DNA of 50,676 bases from Girardia tigrina (Eukaryota). Every line of letters begins with the position of its first letter. The first letter of the stretch is position 1. A program made the position numbers and the translations under genes. Positions 49,112-50,676 of the stretch are shown here, in pieces. The stretch is taken from contig MQRK01228241.1 of NCBI GenBank assembly GCA_001938485.1, positions 1 to 50,676 of the forward strand, given 5' to 3'. Below the pieces are notes generated by a model. The model did not search any database and had not been told where the DNA came from. It worked only from the letters and a program-made list of their open reading frames with translations.

Positions 49112-50676
49112 GCAGATGTAGATCCGTGTCACCATTCCTTTCTAAAACAGTTATCAAAATTATTTTAACTCAGCACGTGAACTTTTCCTCAGCTTAATTA
49201 ATCTTTAAAGCATTATCACAAGTAAATTTCAATAAGGTGCTCATTTTTTATCATATATTTTATATATAATCATAATTTATAACCTTCTCAGAAGTGACCT
49301 ATGTGACCGCCATGGAACAGCACGATATAAGAAGCAATGAGTTAATATCATGTAAAAAAAATAATATTCCCATCAAAATTACTTTTTGTTAAATATTATA
49401 ATATTATTTTTAAAATAAAAATATTTGCAGATTACCATTTTTACAAAAAAAATAAAATATCACAAACGATATAAAATGTTAATTTAATTTCTTTTTATTA
49501 TTTGAAAATGTTGTCAATTTATTTTTTGAAAATTTATTTTACACAATAAACATGTGTTTCGTTTAAAATTCGAATTATTTCTTTTATTTTCGTATTTAAA
49601 TATTTATTGCTATTTTCTCATGAAAATCTTTTGTTGTTTTAATCGGGGTGTAAGTGCACCCGGTGAATAATCGGTTTGGTGTGCTGCACCGTCTGATGTG
49701 CACCGGCGGAACGATTAAAGCGTAACAAGTGGAGTTTGTCGAAATTTCTTTTGCCGGAAATAATGTATGTTTTTTGTATTAAAAGAAGCATTTATAACAT
49801 AAAAAGGGACATCAATTTTCGCTATTAACACTCCATATGTTAATTATTTTTTGTCATTTATTTAATGTGATTATAAAATCTATTTGAAATAAAATTGGTA
49901 TTTAAATGATTTATTTGTGTTATAAAAATTATTTATGTTTTATTCAAAAATGATTATTTATTTTTTAAAAAAGGATAAAGTGGCGCATTAAATCGTGAGA
50001 CATCAAATGATTTCAGTTATTTATAGTCGTACTACAATTATAATATTTTAGTAATTTTATATTTATATTTTGTCGAATTAATTTATTATATTCATAAAAA
50101 TTAAATTTAATTTCTTGATTTATGACAATGCTACAAGTTTTAGGTGATTTATCGACCCGTAATCTCTTTATGTTAGAAAAAACCTGTCCTAATTTTTTGT
50201 TGATTCTTAAGAAAAAGGTTCTATTTCGACACGTTTTTAGGTTACCGATGTAAATTGAGTGTTAAATTAAATTACTATAATATTTTTTAAGTCAATGTTT
50301 TGAAAATCTTAGTAACATAATAATATTCAGTATAAAATCGTTAGGATTTCCCTTCCTTATATTTGTAGGGGGAAAAGAACGCAATATATATTTTGCTATT
50401 GTCAATCTGTGCCTTAAAATATGTCTTTGGTAAATATTCAAAAGAAAAAAAAGAATAAAAAAAGCATTTAATAATATTATAAAATAAACATTTAATAGTA
50501 TTATAATAAATAGATAAATATCCTTTTACAAATAAAAATCCTGAACGATTTCTTAACTATTAGGTGTATAACTTAGTTTTTTGGATTTTTTTGCAGAACA
50601 GACAAGTTCATTTATATGACATAATAAGTTTTATTCTAATCAAAATATTTTCCATCGTTAATTATGACTTTCGACC

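Overview
Very AT-rich animal genomic DNA with three N gaps. A flatworm origin is a guess from composition and talin divergence, not something the sequence proves. Two divergently oriented, intron-rich host genes can be assembled by eye, and both run off the window. (1) On the minus strand, a secreted prohormone-4/IDLSRF-like precursor with one LDLa module: exons 14250-14100, 9791-9738 and 2260-2081, all joined in phase 1. (2) On the plus strand, the 5' end of a divergent talin (FERM F0-F1): coding exons 33577-33739, 40838-40935 and 43790-43919. Most other recognisable sequence is transposon debris: two mariners, several Tc1-like copies, pogo, MULE, a hAT deletion derivative with TSD, several MITEs, a Ty3/Gypsy 5' LTR with tRNA-Lys PBS and gag, RTE LINE tails, a TSD-flanked RTE-type SINE, and a cluster of Penelope-like elements carrying minimal hammerhead ribozymes. 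The most notable items are a phased tandem array of RFX X-boxes and CCAAT boxes at 1-305, the hammerhead/pLTR modules, substitution of Rap1-binding residues in talin F0, a possible in-frame 27-nt micro-intron in a signal peptide, a composite Tc1 fold-back, and a 79-bp locally duplicated insert inside a Penelope RT. No database searches were run; family calls rest on recalled motifs.
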